Shown piece after piece: positions 18,715 through 28,341 of a DNA stretch of 64,000 nt. Source of the DNA: Gammaproteobacteria bacterium (lineage in GTDB: Bacteria > Pseudomonadota > Gammaproteobacteria > Eutrophobiales > Eutrophobiaceae); assembly GCA_965601665.1 (NCBI GenBank), contig OZ271833.1:562205-626204 (forward strand). Direction: 5' to 3'. A model generated the notes under the pieces. It had not been told where the DNA came from. It worked only from the letters and a program-made list of their open reading frames with translations, and searched no databases. Each line of letters begins with the position of its first letter. Position 1 is the first letter of the stretch. A program made the translations under genes and the position numbers.

Positions 18715-19875
18715 ATGAATGAAAAAACCGATAGTTATCCGCGTTTTGCGACTATTTTAACGCTGTCCATATTAGGAATTGTAGTGTCAGGGCTGGCGTT
18801 CACCCCGTTAATACGTGCTGATAACCAGCTAAATGTGGATCAGGATCGTGCCTCTATATTGACGGTCAATACCGCGACGCTGTTGCCTGAAAATGCGTAT
18901 TCTATAAAGCGACGTTTCATTGGCCGTGTTGAGGCAAACCAAAACAGCGCGGTTGGCTTCGAACTGGCTGGAAAGATAGCCGCCGTGTTGGTTGATGAGG
19001 GCGCCAGTGTAGAAAAGGGTCAGGTTCTGGCAACACTGGATACCGAACGTCTTCAGGTACAAAAAAAAGAACTTATCGCGCGTGTAAGAGAAATAGAAAC
19101 GCGCATCAATCTTTCAAGGACTACCCTGGAGCGCATGGAAAAGGCGTTGGCTTACGAGGGCGTTACCTCGCAGCAGGTTGATGAAGCCAGGCAACAGCGT
19201 GATGCAAGTGAAGCAGCATTGACTGTTATTCATGCGTCAATCGCCGCTGTCGATACCGAGATAGAAAAGTCCAGTCTGTTGTCTCCGTTTGATGCCTATG
19301 TCATCGCACGGCAATCAGATAACGGTCGCGTTGTTGAAGCCGGGCAGCCTGTTTTAACGTTGCAACAACGTTCTGTGCAAACGGCACGTATTGGTGTTGC
19401 CGGCGATGCGATAGATCAGTTCCGTGAAGGTGCAATTGTTAGTTTATTGGTAGAAGGCAAGAACAGCGAGGGCAGGGTTCGAACAATACTACCCGTCCGC
19501 GATGCGGTTACCCGGATCGTCGATGTCATCCTTGAATTAACTGAAGCTGCTGCCAGGCCCGGCGATCTGGTTGAGCTCGATATCAAACAAAATGTAAAAG
19601 CAGATGGATATTGGGTCCCGCTTACTGCGCTGTCAGAAGGCGAACGTGGCACGTGGACTTTATTACTCGCCGAGAAGCGTAACGGTTCTGATAAATATCG
19701 TTTAACCCGACACTTTGTCGATATTGTGCATAAGGAAGCGAAGCGCGCCTACATAAAGCGTCTTGAATACGATCTGAACCGGTATGTAACCAATGGGCTG
19801 CAACGTGTTGTGCCCGGCCAGTTAGTGCGCATACAACAAACAGGTGAACAATTTGTTGCGGGAGTTGAGTCATGA
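18715..19875 (+). CDS. RND efflux periplasmic adaptor subunit
   Basis: It has membrane-fusion-protein architecture, with a TM/lipoyl/coiled-coil layout. Its stop overlaps the start of the RND pump. Confidence 0.8.
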   Translation: MNEKTDSYPRFATILTLSILGIVVSGLAFTPLIRADNQLNVDQDRASILTVNTATLLPENAYSIKRRFIGRVEANQNSAVGFELAGKIAAVLVDEGASVEKGQVLATLDTERLQVQKKELIARVREIETRINLSRTTLERMEKALAYEGVTSQQVDEARQQRDASEAALTVIHASIAAVDTEIEKSSLLSPFDAYVIARQSDNGRVVEAGQPVLTLQQRSVQTARIGVAGDAIDQFREGAIVSLLVEGKNSEGRVRTILPVRDAVTRIVDVILELTEAAARPGDLVELDIKQNVKADGYWVPLTALSEGERGTWTLLLAEKRNGSDKYRLTRHFVDIVHKEAKRAYIKRLEYDLNRYVTNGLQRVVPGQLVRIQQTGEQFVAGVES

Positions 19876-22800
19876 CTTCGTTGAATTCAAAAAAAGCCGA
19901 TACGCTGTCTGGCTGGTTTGCTGCCGATAATTATATTGTTTACCTGGCATTGTTAATCATCGTTGTTGCAGGCTTATCTGCATTACTGAGCTTGCCACGT
20001 ATTGAAGACCCGCGAATTACCACTCGTAACGCAATCATTACCACCACGATGCCCGGTGCCTCCGCCGAGCAAATCGAAGCTGAAATAACCAAGCCACTGG
20101 AAGACGGTATACGCGAAATATATGAAGTAAAACGAATTGAATCGACTTCACGGGCCAATGTTTCCATTATTACTATCGAGATGCAGGACAACATTTCTTC
20201 CGACACCAATGAAGAAGTGTTTTCCAAGCTGCGGGACAAGTTGTCCGAAGTGCAAAAAGAGTTACCGGTGAATGCCAGTAAGCCAATCCTTGACGACAAG
20301 CGCGGCGCTGTAGCTTTTACCCTAATCAACGCCGTGCAATGGAACGGTAAGACAGCACCACAACTTGGTTTAATGAACCGCGTGGCAGAGGAACTGGCAG
20401 ACCGCTTACGTAATACCAACGGCACAGAAATCGTGCGTTTGTTCGGTTCTCCAAGTGAGGAAATAACAGTCACTGTAAACACGGCAAAGCTGAGCCAAAT
20501 TGGCCTGGGCATGAACGAATTGGCACAGTTACTTGCCGCTTCTGATAGCAAGGTTGTCGCCGGTGTCATGCGCACGTCAAACCAGGATTTGCAAATAGAA
20601 GTACAAGGTGAGTTTGATGGCGTGCAGCGTGTCAGTAATATTCCTGTGGTTGTCAATAACAATCGTGTCGTTAACCTGCGTGATATTGCCGAGGTGACAC
20701 GCGATTGGCGTTTACCGGAAACAGAGATTGCGCTGGTGAATGGCCAGCGCGCAATATTTGTAGCCACGCGCATGCTGCCGGACAGGAAGGTGCAATCCTG
20801 GTCTGATGAAGCCAGGGCACGCGTCGCTGATTACCAGTTAACACTGGATCCAAGAATACAGCTGTTGACTACCTATGATGAAAGCAGTTACACGATGGAT
20901 CGACTGGGTAACCTGGGTGGTAACCTCTTATTGGGAGCCTTTGTCGTCATGGCCGTCGTGATGGTGTTTATGGGCTGGCGCAGTGCGGTTGTCGTCGGTT
21001 CGGCTTTACCACTGAGTATGGCTATTTCGTTATTCAGTCTCTCCTTGTTTGGCCAACAGTTACACCAGATGACTATCTTTGGCCTGATTGTGGCCATTGG
21101 CTTGCTGATTGATAACGCGATTGTTATTACCGATGAAATCCGCAAGAACATCCGTAAAGGTGTTGATATCTTTGATGCAGTCAACGTGTCGGTCAGACAC
21201 CTGGCAATGCCGTTGTTTACATCTACCTTCACAACAATTCTTGGGTTCATGCCGGTATTTCTGTTGCCAGGTAATGTTGGCGACTTTGTCAGTCCGATTG
21301 CAATCAGTGTGGTGTTGGCACTGGTCGCTTCATTTGCAGTCTCACTGTTACTAATACCCGCATTAACTGTACGTTTCGCCATACCATCAGAAAAAGATCA
21401 CAATTGGTGGCAGCAAGGCATACGCCCTGTATGGTTGATCAATGCGTATCGTGAAGTCCTGTTAAGAGCCTTGCAGCGCCCGCTCACGAGCATGATGGTT
21501 GTTACGGTGTTTGCTTTTTCCGGCTTTTTCGCCGCAACAACGCTGGGTAATGAATTTTTTCCAAGCGCCGACCGCGATCAGTTTCAGATTGAACTCTGGA
21601 TGCCTGCTGATGCTTCCATTAATGGCACGTTGCACGTTGCGAAACGTATTGATCAGAAAGTACGGTCAATGCCAGGTGTTAAAAACACGACCTGGTTAGT
21701 AGGTGGCAGTACACCACCGGTTTATTACAACGCCATTCAAACCCAGGACCAGAACCCGGCCTATGCGCAAGCTATCGTCTATGCCGACGATACAGAAACT
21801 GCCGTTACCCTGATTTCAACTTTGCAGAAACAGCTTGAACAGACTTTCCCCAGCTCACAAATTGTTGTTAGTCCGTTTGGTCAGGGTCCACCAATAGAAG
21901 CGCCGATTGGTTTCCGTATTTCGGGCCCGGATATAAAACGTCTGATCGAATACGGTGAACAACTAAGACTGGTAATGAATCGTGTGGATGGCGTTACTCA
22001 CACGCAGGCAACGATGACCAGTGGACAACCCAAGCTATGGTTTGCTGCCGATGAAGACCGGGTGCGCCAGGCTGGAATAACATTGCAGGAACTTGCCGGC
22101 CAGTTAAATTTCCTTCTCGAGGGGGTAGTAGGTGGGTCAGTGCTGGAAGACCTGGAAAGACTGCCCGTGCGTTTACGTGCTGATCAGTCAACTCGTTCTT
22201 CATTAAATGAAATCGCATCATTGTCCGTGACCTCACCTGTAACTTCGCAGCGTGGTGATTGGATACCACTGCAATCTCTCGGTGAGTTCGATTTAAAACC
22301 TGAAATGTCGAGTATTACAAGGCGTAATGGCGAGCGGGTAAATAATGTTTACGGTTATATTTTGCCCGGGCAATTACCAATAAACATCATGCGTACTATT
22401 CAGGCAGAGATCGACGCGCAAGGACTTGTCCTTCCAGCCCCTTACCGGTTGGAGATTGCCGGTGACTCCGAAGAACAAAAGCGTGCCGTTGGCCAGTTGT
22501 TAACGTACCTTCCTGTATTGCTGACGTTAATGATCACAACGGTGATCCTATCTTTCCGTAACCTGGGTCTGTCGATGGTGATCGGAATGGTGGCCTTGCA
22601 GTCCGTGGGTTTTGGAATGCTTTCATTATGGCTTGGACAGTTTAACCTGGGCTTTAACCCGTTGATCGGCACGGCGGGACTGATTGGTGTCGCGATCAAT
22701 GGGACGATCGTGATACTGGCCGCGTTAAAGTCGAATGCCAAAGCCAGCGCAGGTGACCTCGAACAGGTCGTTCTGGTGACGATGGATTCCGGCCGCCACA

Positions 22801-23024
22801 TTATATCGACAACGTTGACGACCGTAGGTGGTTTCATACCGTTATTGGTCTTCAGTAGTGGTCAGTTTTGGCCACCGCTTGCCATCGTCATTGCAGGTGG
22901 TGTCGGGTTTTCAATCATTCTTTCATTACTGTTTACACCTTGTGCGTTTGCTTTCCTGGCACGCTTTAACAGTAAGCAGCATACAAGCCTGAATCCCGCT
23001 ATCACTGAAGGAGGTTATGCATGA
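19872..23024 (+). CDS. RND efflux permease (AcrB/HAE1 family)
   Basis: 1050 aa with 12 TM helices and two large periplasmic loops, typical of the AcrB family. Confidence 0.9.
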   Translation: MTSLNSKKADTLSGWFAADNYIVYLALLIIVVAGLSALLSLPRIEDPRITTRNAIITTTMPGASAEQIEAEITKPLEDGIREIYEVKRIESTSRANVSIITIEMQDNISSDTNEEVFSKLRDKLSEVQKELPVNASKPILDDKRGAVAFTLINAVQWNGKTAPQLGLMNRVAEELADRLRNTNGTEIVRLFGSPSEEITVTVNTAKLSQIGLGMNELAQLLAASDSKVVAGVMRTSNQDLQIEVQGEFDGVQRVSNIPVVVNNNRVVNLRDIAEVTRDWRLPETEIALVNGQRAIFVATRMLPDRKVQSWSDEARARVADYQLTLDPRIQLLTTYDESSYTMDRLGNLGGNLLLGAFVVMAVVMVFMGWRSAVVVGSALPLSMAISLFSLSLFGQQLHQMTIFGLIVAIGLLIDNAIVITDEIRKNIRKGVDIFDAVNVSVRHLAMPLFTSTFTTILGFMPVFLLPGNVGDFVSPIAISVVLALVASFAVSLLLIPALTVRFAIPSEKDHNWWQQGIRPVWLINAYREVLLRALQRPLTSMMVVTVFAFSGFFAATTLGNEFFPSADRDQFQIELWMPADASINGTLHVAKRIDQKVRSMPGVKNTTWLVGGSTPPVYYNAIQTQDQNPAYAQAIVYADDTETAVTLISTLQKQLEQTFPSSQIVVSPFGQGPPIEAPIGFRISGPDIKRLIEYGEQLRLVMNRVDGVTHTQATMTSGQPKLWFAADEDRVRQAGITLQELAGQLNFLLEGVVGGSVLEDLERLPVRLRADQSTRSSLNEIASLSVTSPVTSQRGDWIPLQSLGEFDLKPEMSSITRRNGERVNNVYGYILPGQLPINIMRTIQAEIDAQGLVLPAPYRLEIAGDSEEQKRAVGQLLTYLPVLLTLMITTVILSFRNLGLSMVIGMVALQSVGFGMLSLWLGQFNLGFNPLIGTAGLIGVAINGTIVILAALKSNAKASAGDLEQVVLVTMDSGRHIISTTLTTVGGFIPLLVFSSGQFWPPLAIVIAGGVGFSIILSLLFTPCAFAFLARFNSKQHTSLNPAITEGGYA

Positions 23025-24475
23025 GACGTTCATACCTTGTTATACAAATGCTGATGGCAAGCAGCTTGTTACTGGGTGGTTGTACGGTGGGTCCTGATTA
23101 TGCTCGGCCACAGTCTCAAACGCCACAGAAATGGAGCGCTAATACTGAAGGTGTGCTACTGACTCTGGACTCGAAACAACTTACGCGCTGGTGGCAACAG
23201 TTTGATGACCCGTTGCTTGAACAACTGATAACAGAAGCAATGGAAAACAATCTGGATCTCGAGATCGCGCGCACAAGATTGCTGAAAGCACGTGCAGGTC
23301 GAAAACTGGCCAGATCATTTTCCTTGCCGCAGTTAAACAGCAGTTCTGCCTATCAGCGTCGGTCATTCAGCACAGAAACAGCCTCTCCGGAGGCCGGGCT
23401 TTCCAATGCGGGTTTGATAGACAGGCAAAATGATCAATACGAAGTTGGTTTTGATGCCAGTTTTGAAGTCGATCTGTTTGGCGGGAATCGACGTCGAAAT
23501 GAAGCCGCAATGGCCAGGGAAGGTGCCGCCAGTGAAGGAATACAAGAGGTGCAGGTGGCCGTTTTGGCCGAGGTTGGTCGTGCCTATATGGAAATCAGGG
23601 GCCTGCAGTTTGAAAAACAAACCGTGCTCAACAATATTTCATTGCAGCAGGAAACACTCAAGTTAACAAATTTAAATCGCGAAACAGGTCTGGCCACGGC
23701 TTTCGATATAGATCGATTGCAGTCGTTACTCGACTCTACCAGGGCACAGCTACCGGCAATAGAAGCACGTATTGACGCTAATATTTTTGCACTGGGTTTA
23801 TTGACCGGTGAATTGCCCGCCCGCTGGCTTGAGACACTGCGACTCTCATCACCATTACTGACAACACCAACACTGGTCGAGGCAGGACTGCCCCCGGAGA
23901 TATTGCGCCGTCGCCCGGATATACGCCGCAGTGAAAGGGAACTGGCTGCTGCGAGTGCCGATGTGGGCATTGCCATATCCGAGTTATACCCGCGTTTTTT
24001 TCTTTCAGGGATTGGCGCATTTCAATCACAAACAACAGGCAATCTGCTTACGTCTTCAGCATGGGCATTTGCAGTGGGGCCAATGGTGCAATTACCTCTG
24101 TTCCAGGGCGGCAAGCTACGCGCCAATATCAAGGACAAGGAGGCCGATCTATTACGCGCAGAACTAAATTATGAAAAGTCTATATTAAATGCCCTCGCCG
24201 AAGTCGATAGCAAGCTGGCTGAATACAGCAGCTTGCAGCGTGCGCTGACACATCTGTTTTCCGCTGTCGAAGCTGCTCGCTCAGCTGCCGAACGCGCAAA
24301 AAAACTCCAACGCGATGGACTTGGTAACTCGTTGGACGTACTTGATGCCGAGCGCGAACTTCGCAACATCGAAAACAGCTATGCGCGTCAACAAACTTCT
24401 GCCGCCATAACGTTAATTGCCTTATACAAGTCGTTAGGTGGAGGCTGGGAAGAGGACACTTCCCGGCAAGGTTAA
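23021..24475 (+). CDS. RND efflux outer-membrane factor lipoprotein (NodT/OprM family)
   Basis: It has a lipobox (LLLGGCTVGPDYARP), which is the canonical OMF N-terminus, and tandem OEP repeats. Confidence 0.85.
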   Translation: MRRSYLVIQMLMASSLLLGGCTVGPDYARPQSQTPQKWSANTEGVLLTLDSKQLTRWWQQFDDPLLEQLITEAMENNLDLEIARTRLLKARAGRKLARSFSLPQLNSSSAYQRRSFSTETASPEAGLSNAGLIDRQNDQYEVGFDASFEVDLFGGNRRRNEAAMAREGAASEGIQEVQVAVLAEVGRAYMEIRGLQFEKQTVLNNISLQQETLKLTNLNRETGLATAFDIDRLQSLLDSTRAQLPAIEARIDANIFALGLLTGELPARWLETLRLSSPLLTTPTLVEAGLPPEILRRRPDIRRSERELAAASADVGIAISELYPRFFLSGIGAFQSQTTGNLLTSSAWAFAVGPMVQLPLFQGGKLRANIKDKEADLLRAELNYEKSILNALAEVDSKLAEYSSLQRALTHLFSAVEAARSAAERAKKLQRDGLGNSLDVLDAERELRNIENSYARQQTSAAITLIALYKSLGGGWEEDTSRQG

Positions 24476-24496
24476 ATCACATAGGAGGACTGATAA

Positions 24497-25306
24497 ATGA
24501 AGCATAACCATCTCAAGAAGTACGGGCCATGGGCCATCATCACCGGGGCCACTGATGGAATTGGCAAGGCCATTGCCGAGCAGTTAGCAATACTCGGTTA
24601 CAACCTTGTGTTAGTTGCTCGGCGGGAACCCGTCTTGCAACAACTCGCAAGTGCATGGCACGAATCACATGGTGTTGATGTCAGGTTTATTAGCGCTGAT
24701 CTTTCACGGGAACAGGCACTGTCATTAATTGAAAAAGAAACCGGTGACCTGGATATTGGTTTACTGGTAGCTGCGGCCGGTTATGGATCTGCGGGTGATT
24801 TTATAGACGCCAACCTGGGCGATGAACTTAGCATGATCGATGTGAACTGTCGCAGCGTGGTGCAACAATCCCAGTACTTCGCCAGACGTTTTAAACAACG
24901 TGGATCCGGCGGCATGATCCTGTTTAGCTCTGTCTTTGCCTTTCAAGGCGTACCACTTAGTGCCAATTATGCGGCAACCAAGGCCTTCATTCAGAGTTTT
25001 GCCGAGGCATTGCATGAGGAACTCGCGCCAAGCAACATTGATGTCCTCGCTGCGGCCTATGGCCCGGTTAAAACCGGATTTGCCACACGCGCCGATATGG
25101 TGATGAAGTTTGCGCAATCACCAACGACCGTTGCCATGGCCACACTGAACGCGCTTGGAAATGCAACAACGTCGAGACCGGGTGCGGTTTCAAAGCTGCT
25201 CGGTTATTCACTTGCCATGCTACCGCGCCGTTTGCGCACATGGGTGTTATCCATGGTCGTTGCCGACATGACCCGCCATCAACATCATGCCCAACAAACT
25301 CACTGA
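24497..25306 (+). CDS. SDR-family short-chain dehydrogenase/reductase
   Basis: It has the cofactor-binding motif TGATDGIGKA and the catalytic YxxxK motif (YAATK). Confidence 0.85.
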   Translation: MKHNHLKKYGPWAIITGATDGIGKAIAEQLAILGYNLVLVARREPVLQQLASAWHESHGVDVRFISADLSREQALSLIEKETGDLDIGLLVAAAGYGSAGDFIDANLGDELSMIDVNCRSVVQQSQYFARRFKQRGSGGMILFSSVFAFQGVPLSANYAATKAFIQSFAEALHEELAPSNIDVLAAAYGPVKTGFATRADMVMKFAQSPTTVAMATLNALGNATTSRPGAVSKLLGYSLAMLPRRLRTWVLSMVVADMTRHQHHAQQTH

Positions 25307-25322
25307 GACAGAGGAGAACATC

Positions 25323-25745
25323 ATGAAAACGCTTATTCTTACATTGGTATTTTCTATTTTTCCATTGCTGGCTACAGCGAACCAGGCCCAGGATATTGAA
25401 GGGGTCTGGCTTAATGCCAAGGGCGATGGCTATATTGAATTGATAATCAACGACAAGGTATTAACCGGTACCATTATTGGCAGTCCGTTGCCTGAGGATG
25501 CGAATAGAAAAGACGAAAACAACCCGGACCCTGCCTTACGAGAAAGACTGCTCGAGGGGACAACCATACTCAAGGACTTCACGTATGCAGGTGATAAGCT
25601 ATGGAAGGGTGGTACGATTTATGATCCGAACAATGGCAAAACCTACGACTGCAAAATTACCTTTATCGATGATCAGACCATTGAGGTGCGCGGCTATGTC
25701 GGTATCTCCTTGTTTGGTCGTACCGAGGTCTGGACACGTCAGTAA
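25323..25745 (+). CDS. DUF2147-domain periplasmic protein
   Basis: It has a signal peptide followed by IEGVW…GYIELI…GGTIYDPNNGKTYDCKI…VRGYVG, a family-typical pattern. The start was set at the internal ATG, which follows a GAGGAG RBS. Confidence 0.6.
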   Translation: MKTLILTLVFSIFPLLATANQAQDIEGVWLNAKGDGYIELIINDKVLTGTIIGSPLPEDANRKDENNPDPALRERLLEGTTILKDFTYAGDKLWKGGTIYDPNNGKTYDCKITFIDDQTIEVRGYVGISLFGRTEVWTRQ

Positions 25746-25776
25746 TAACTGTGAGGAAGCCGGATCTCCAGTTATT
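25744..25776. terminator. candidate bidirectional hairpin between convergent genes
   Basis: An 8-bp inverted repeat (aataactg … cagttatt) encloses a 17-nt loop. There is no clean U-run. Confidence 0.25.
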
Positions 25777-25784
25777 GATCGGTA

Positions 25785-26693
25785 TTAACCGTCTGACCCC
25801 AATACCCGTTTACTTCTTAACTGAAAATCTTGTAGTAACTCGTTGACTAATTCATTTGGGAAGTGGCTTTTCACCGTGACCGCATAAAAGTTTTCAAATA
25901 CATTCGGTATCGTCATGTAGTGTACAAGCTTGCCGCTAAGCAGTTCATCTTTAACGACCACGTCCGGCATCACTGACAGTGCTCCGCTATCGCGCGCAAG
26001 CAACCGCAGCATCGGCATGTCATCGGCTTCGGCGGCAATGTCAGGACGGAACTGGTACTGGGCGCAAAAACCATCAAACGCCGAGCGGATGGGCGTATCA
26101 GTAACAGGCAGTACCCAGCGTTGACTGACATAGCGCTGATTGAATCGTTTACCAAGTTTCAGACCTGGTGGACCAATGACCGATACCGGTTGCCGTCCCA
26201 GTAACTGGCAACGCCATAGCTGCTGTTCACTCCCCAATACTTCTATATTGGTGAGCGCCATATCGAACTGGTGATTGGATAAATCATTGAGCAGGTTACC
26301 CTGGCGTCGCGCATGCAGGCTGTAGGTGATATCGCTACGCCTAATCAGTGGCTCGATGAAACTCTCGATAAAATTTCGAGACATTGTTGATAAGGTGCCG
26401 ATGCGAAGTGTCTGCTTTTGGGGCGTAATCCCTTTGGTCAGCAATAATTCCAGTTCTTCACCTTTGGCAAATATCTCTTCCGCGTATAACAGCGTCCTTT
26501 TGCCGGATTCCGTTAATACCAGTTTTCTGCCCTCACGGGAGAACAAGTCAACGTCCATGGTCGATTCTAACTGCTTGATTTGACTGGAAAGAGCTGACTG
26601 CGATACGTGCAGGCTTTTTGCCGTTTCGGTCAGGTTTCCAGTCCTGGCAACGTGCCAGAAGTAGTACAGATGATGATAATTCAGTTTGGCCAT
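25785..26693 (-). CDS. LysR-family regulator, NhaR-like
   Basis: The N-terminus (LNYHHLYYFWHVARTGNLTETAKSL) closely resembles E. coli NhaR (INYNHLYYFWHV…). It is divergent from the dabB/dabA operon. Confidence 0.8.
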   Translation of the reverse strand: MAKLNYHHLYYFWHVARTGNLTETAKSLHVSQSALSSQIKQLESTMDVDLFSREGRKLVLTESGKRTLLYAEEIFAKGEELELLLTKGITPQKQTLRIGTLSTMSRNFIESFIEPLIRRSDITYSLHARRQGNLLNDLSNHQFDMALTNIEVLGSEQQLWRCQLLGRQPVSVIGPPGLKLGKRFNQRYVSQRWVLPVTDTPIRSAFDGFCAQYQFRPDIAAEADDMPMLRLLARDSGALSVMPDVVVKDELLSGKLVHYMTIPNVFENFYAVTVKSHFPNELVNELLQDFQLRSKRVLGSDG

Positions 26694-26790
26694 AGTTCTT
26701 TATTATAGAACGATTTGTTAAATATTATATATTTTACTTAAGTTTTGTCGCCGCTAAAATTCTCATCGTCAAAAATTATCTGGAGATGTA

Positions 26791-28341
26791 GTGATGAACA
26801 CTATGAATTTTACCGGGCTACTTTGGCCCATGCTGTTGAGCTTGCCAGTCCTGGCAATAGTATTCAGTAGTAGCCAACGGCGTTGGCAAATTGCCCAGTT
26901 TTTCATGGGGACGAACCTGTTGTTGGCCGTGGCGGCCTGGATTCAGGCTGTATTTTTTGCCTCCGCGCCACTGGCATCCAGCCTGATACATTTAACTGCA
27001 CTGGACACGACCGTGCTGGTACTGATCAGCTTTATCGGCCTGGTGGTATTACGTTATGCCAAAAACAACCTTGAAGGCGATCAGGACGATGCCCGTTTCC
27101 TGAAATGGTATATCGCAACGGTACTGGCAGTTATCGTTACTGTTACCACCAACCACCTTGCTGTCTTCTGGTTAAGCTGGACGGCTATCAGCCTGGCACT
27201 ACACCAGTTACTGATGTTTTATCCGGACCGACCACGTGCCATTCTTGCGGCACACAAAAAATTCCTTTTTGCACGAGTTTCTGAAGCGTTGTTGGCCGTT
27301 GCTTTCTTCCTGCTTTACCAGCAACATGGCTCACTGATCATCAGTGAAGTCATTAATGAGATCAGCGCAGCAACTACGCTTAGCCTACAACATCAGATAG
27401 CTGCTGTATTGCTGGGCGCCGTCGCTTTAATTAAGTGTGCGCAACTACCGCTACATGGCTGGTTAATCCAGGTAGTTGAAGCGCCTACTCCTGTTTCTGC
27501 GTTGTTGCACGCAGGCATTATTAACCTGGGTGGTTTCCTGTTGTTGCTGTTTTCACCGCTTTTCGGACAGGTCGCTGCAGCACAATGGCTGGTTTTGATT
27601 GTTGCCGGACTATCAACATTGATAGCGGCACTGGTCATGATGACCCGAATCAGTATTAAAGTACGTCTTGCCTGGTCAACTACCTCGCAGATGGGTTTGA
27701 TGCTGATTGAGTGCGGACTAGGTCTATATGAACTGGCTCTGTTGCACTTGCTCGCGCACTCCTGCTACAAGGCTTACGCCTTCCTGAGCTCAGGTAACGC
27801 AGTTAATGACTTTCTGCGCCAGGCCTATGTGAAGGTATCACTTCCTTCATTTGCAAACTGGTCCTTGGCGATTTCTGCTTCTGTTGCGATTGTTGTAGCA
27901 AGCATCTATCTGACAGGTGCTGCAGTTCCTGCCAGTCCATGGATACTTGTGACCATTGCATTGAGCAGCCTGCTAGCATTCCGTTTTCAACATACGCACA
28001 AGATTTCGTTCATGCGTTCATTGTTTACAGGTGCTGGTGTGGTCGCTTTTTACCTATTAATGAAAACAGTTATGCCACTGTTGTTACCCGAGGTTAACGT
28101 CAGCTACAGCTGGATGGCAGATGCATGGATAAGCGCTGTATTTATTAGCTTGATGACAGGCTACCTGTACCTGCAATATCAGACCCGGAGTCAATTATCT
28201 CGCAAGTTATTCATTGCACTAAACGCAGGATTTTATCTTGATGAGTGGGCTACGCGTACCACGCTGAAGTTATGGCCAATAAGCGTACCGCGCTCGACCA
28301 ATAAACACATGGCTATCCCATCGGAGGTGATTTATGAGTAG
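26791..28341 (+). CDS. dabB: DabB/MpsA-type NuoL/MnhA-like proton-conducting membrane subunit
   Basis: 516 aa with about 13 TM helices. It carries the PF00361 signature KCAQLPLHGWL…APTPVSALLHAGIINLGGFLLL (compare NuoL [34 protein letters not shown]). Its stop overlaps the start of the DUF2309 gene. Confidence 0.65.
   Translation: MMNTMNFTGLLWPMLLSLPVLAIVFSSSQRRWQIAQFFMGTNLLLAVAAWIQAVFFASAPLASSLIHLTALDTTVLVLISFIGLVVLRYAKNNLEGDQDDARFLKWYIATVLAVIVTVTTNHLAVFWLSWTAISLALHQLLMFYPDRPRAILAAHKKFLFARVSEALLAVAFFLLYQQHGSLIISEVINEISAATTLSLQHQIAAVLLGAVALIKCAQLPLHGWLIQVVEAPTPVSALLHAGIINLGGFLLLLFSPLFGQVAAAQWLVLIVAGLSTLIAALVMMTRISIKVRLAWSTTSQMGLMLIECGLGLYELALLHLLAHSCYKAYAFLSSGNAVNDFLRQAYVKVSLPSFANWSLAISASVAIVVASIYLTGAAVPASPWILVTIALSSLLAFRFQHTHKISFMRSLFTGAGVVAFYLLMKTVMPLLLPEVNVSYSWMADAWISAVFISLMTGYLYLQYQTRSQLSRKLFIALNAGFYLDEWATRTTLKLWPISVPRSTNKHMAIPSEVIYE

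Noticed and set aside
19940-21382. 277-aa and 164-aa antisense ORFs inside the RND pump gene
   Set aside because: They are fully contained in a high-confidence 1050-aa CDS and have low-complexity translations. They are spurious.
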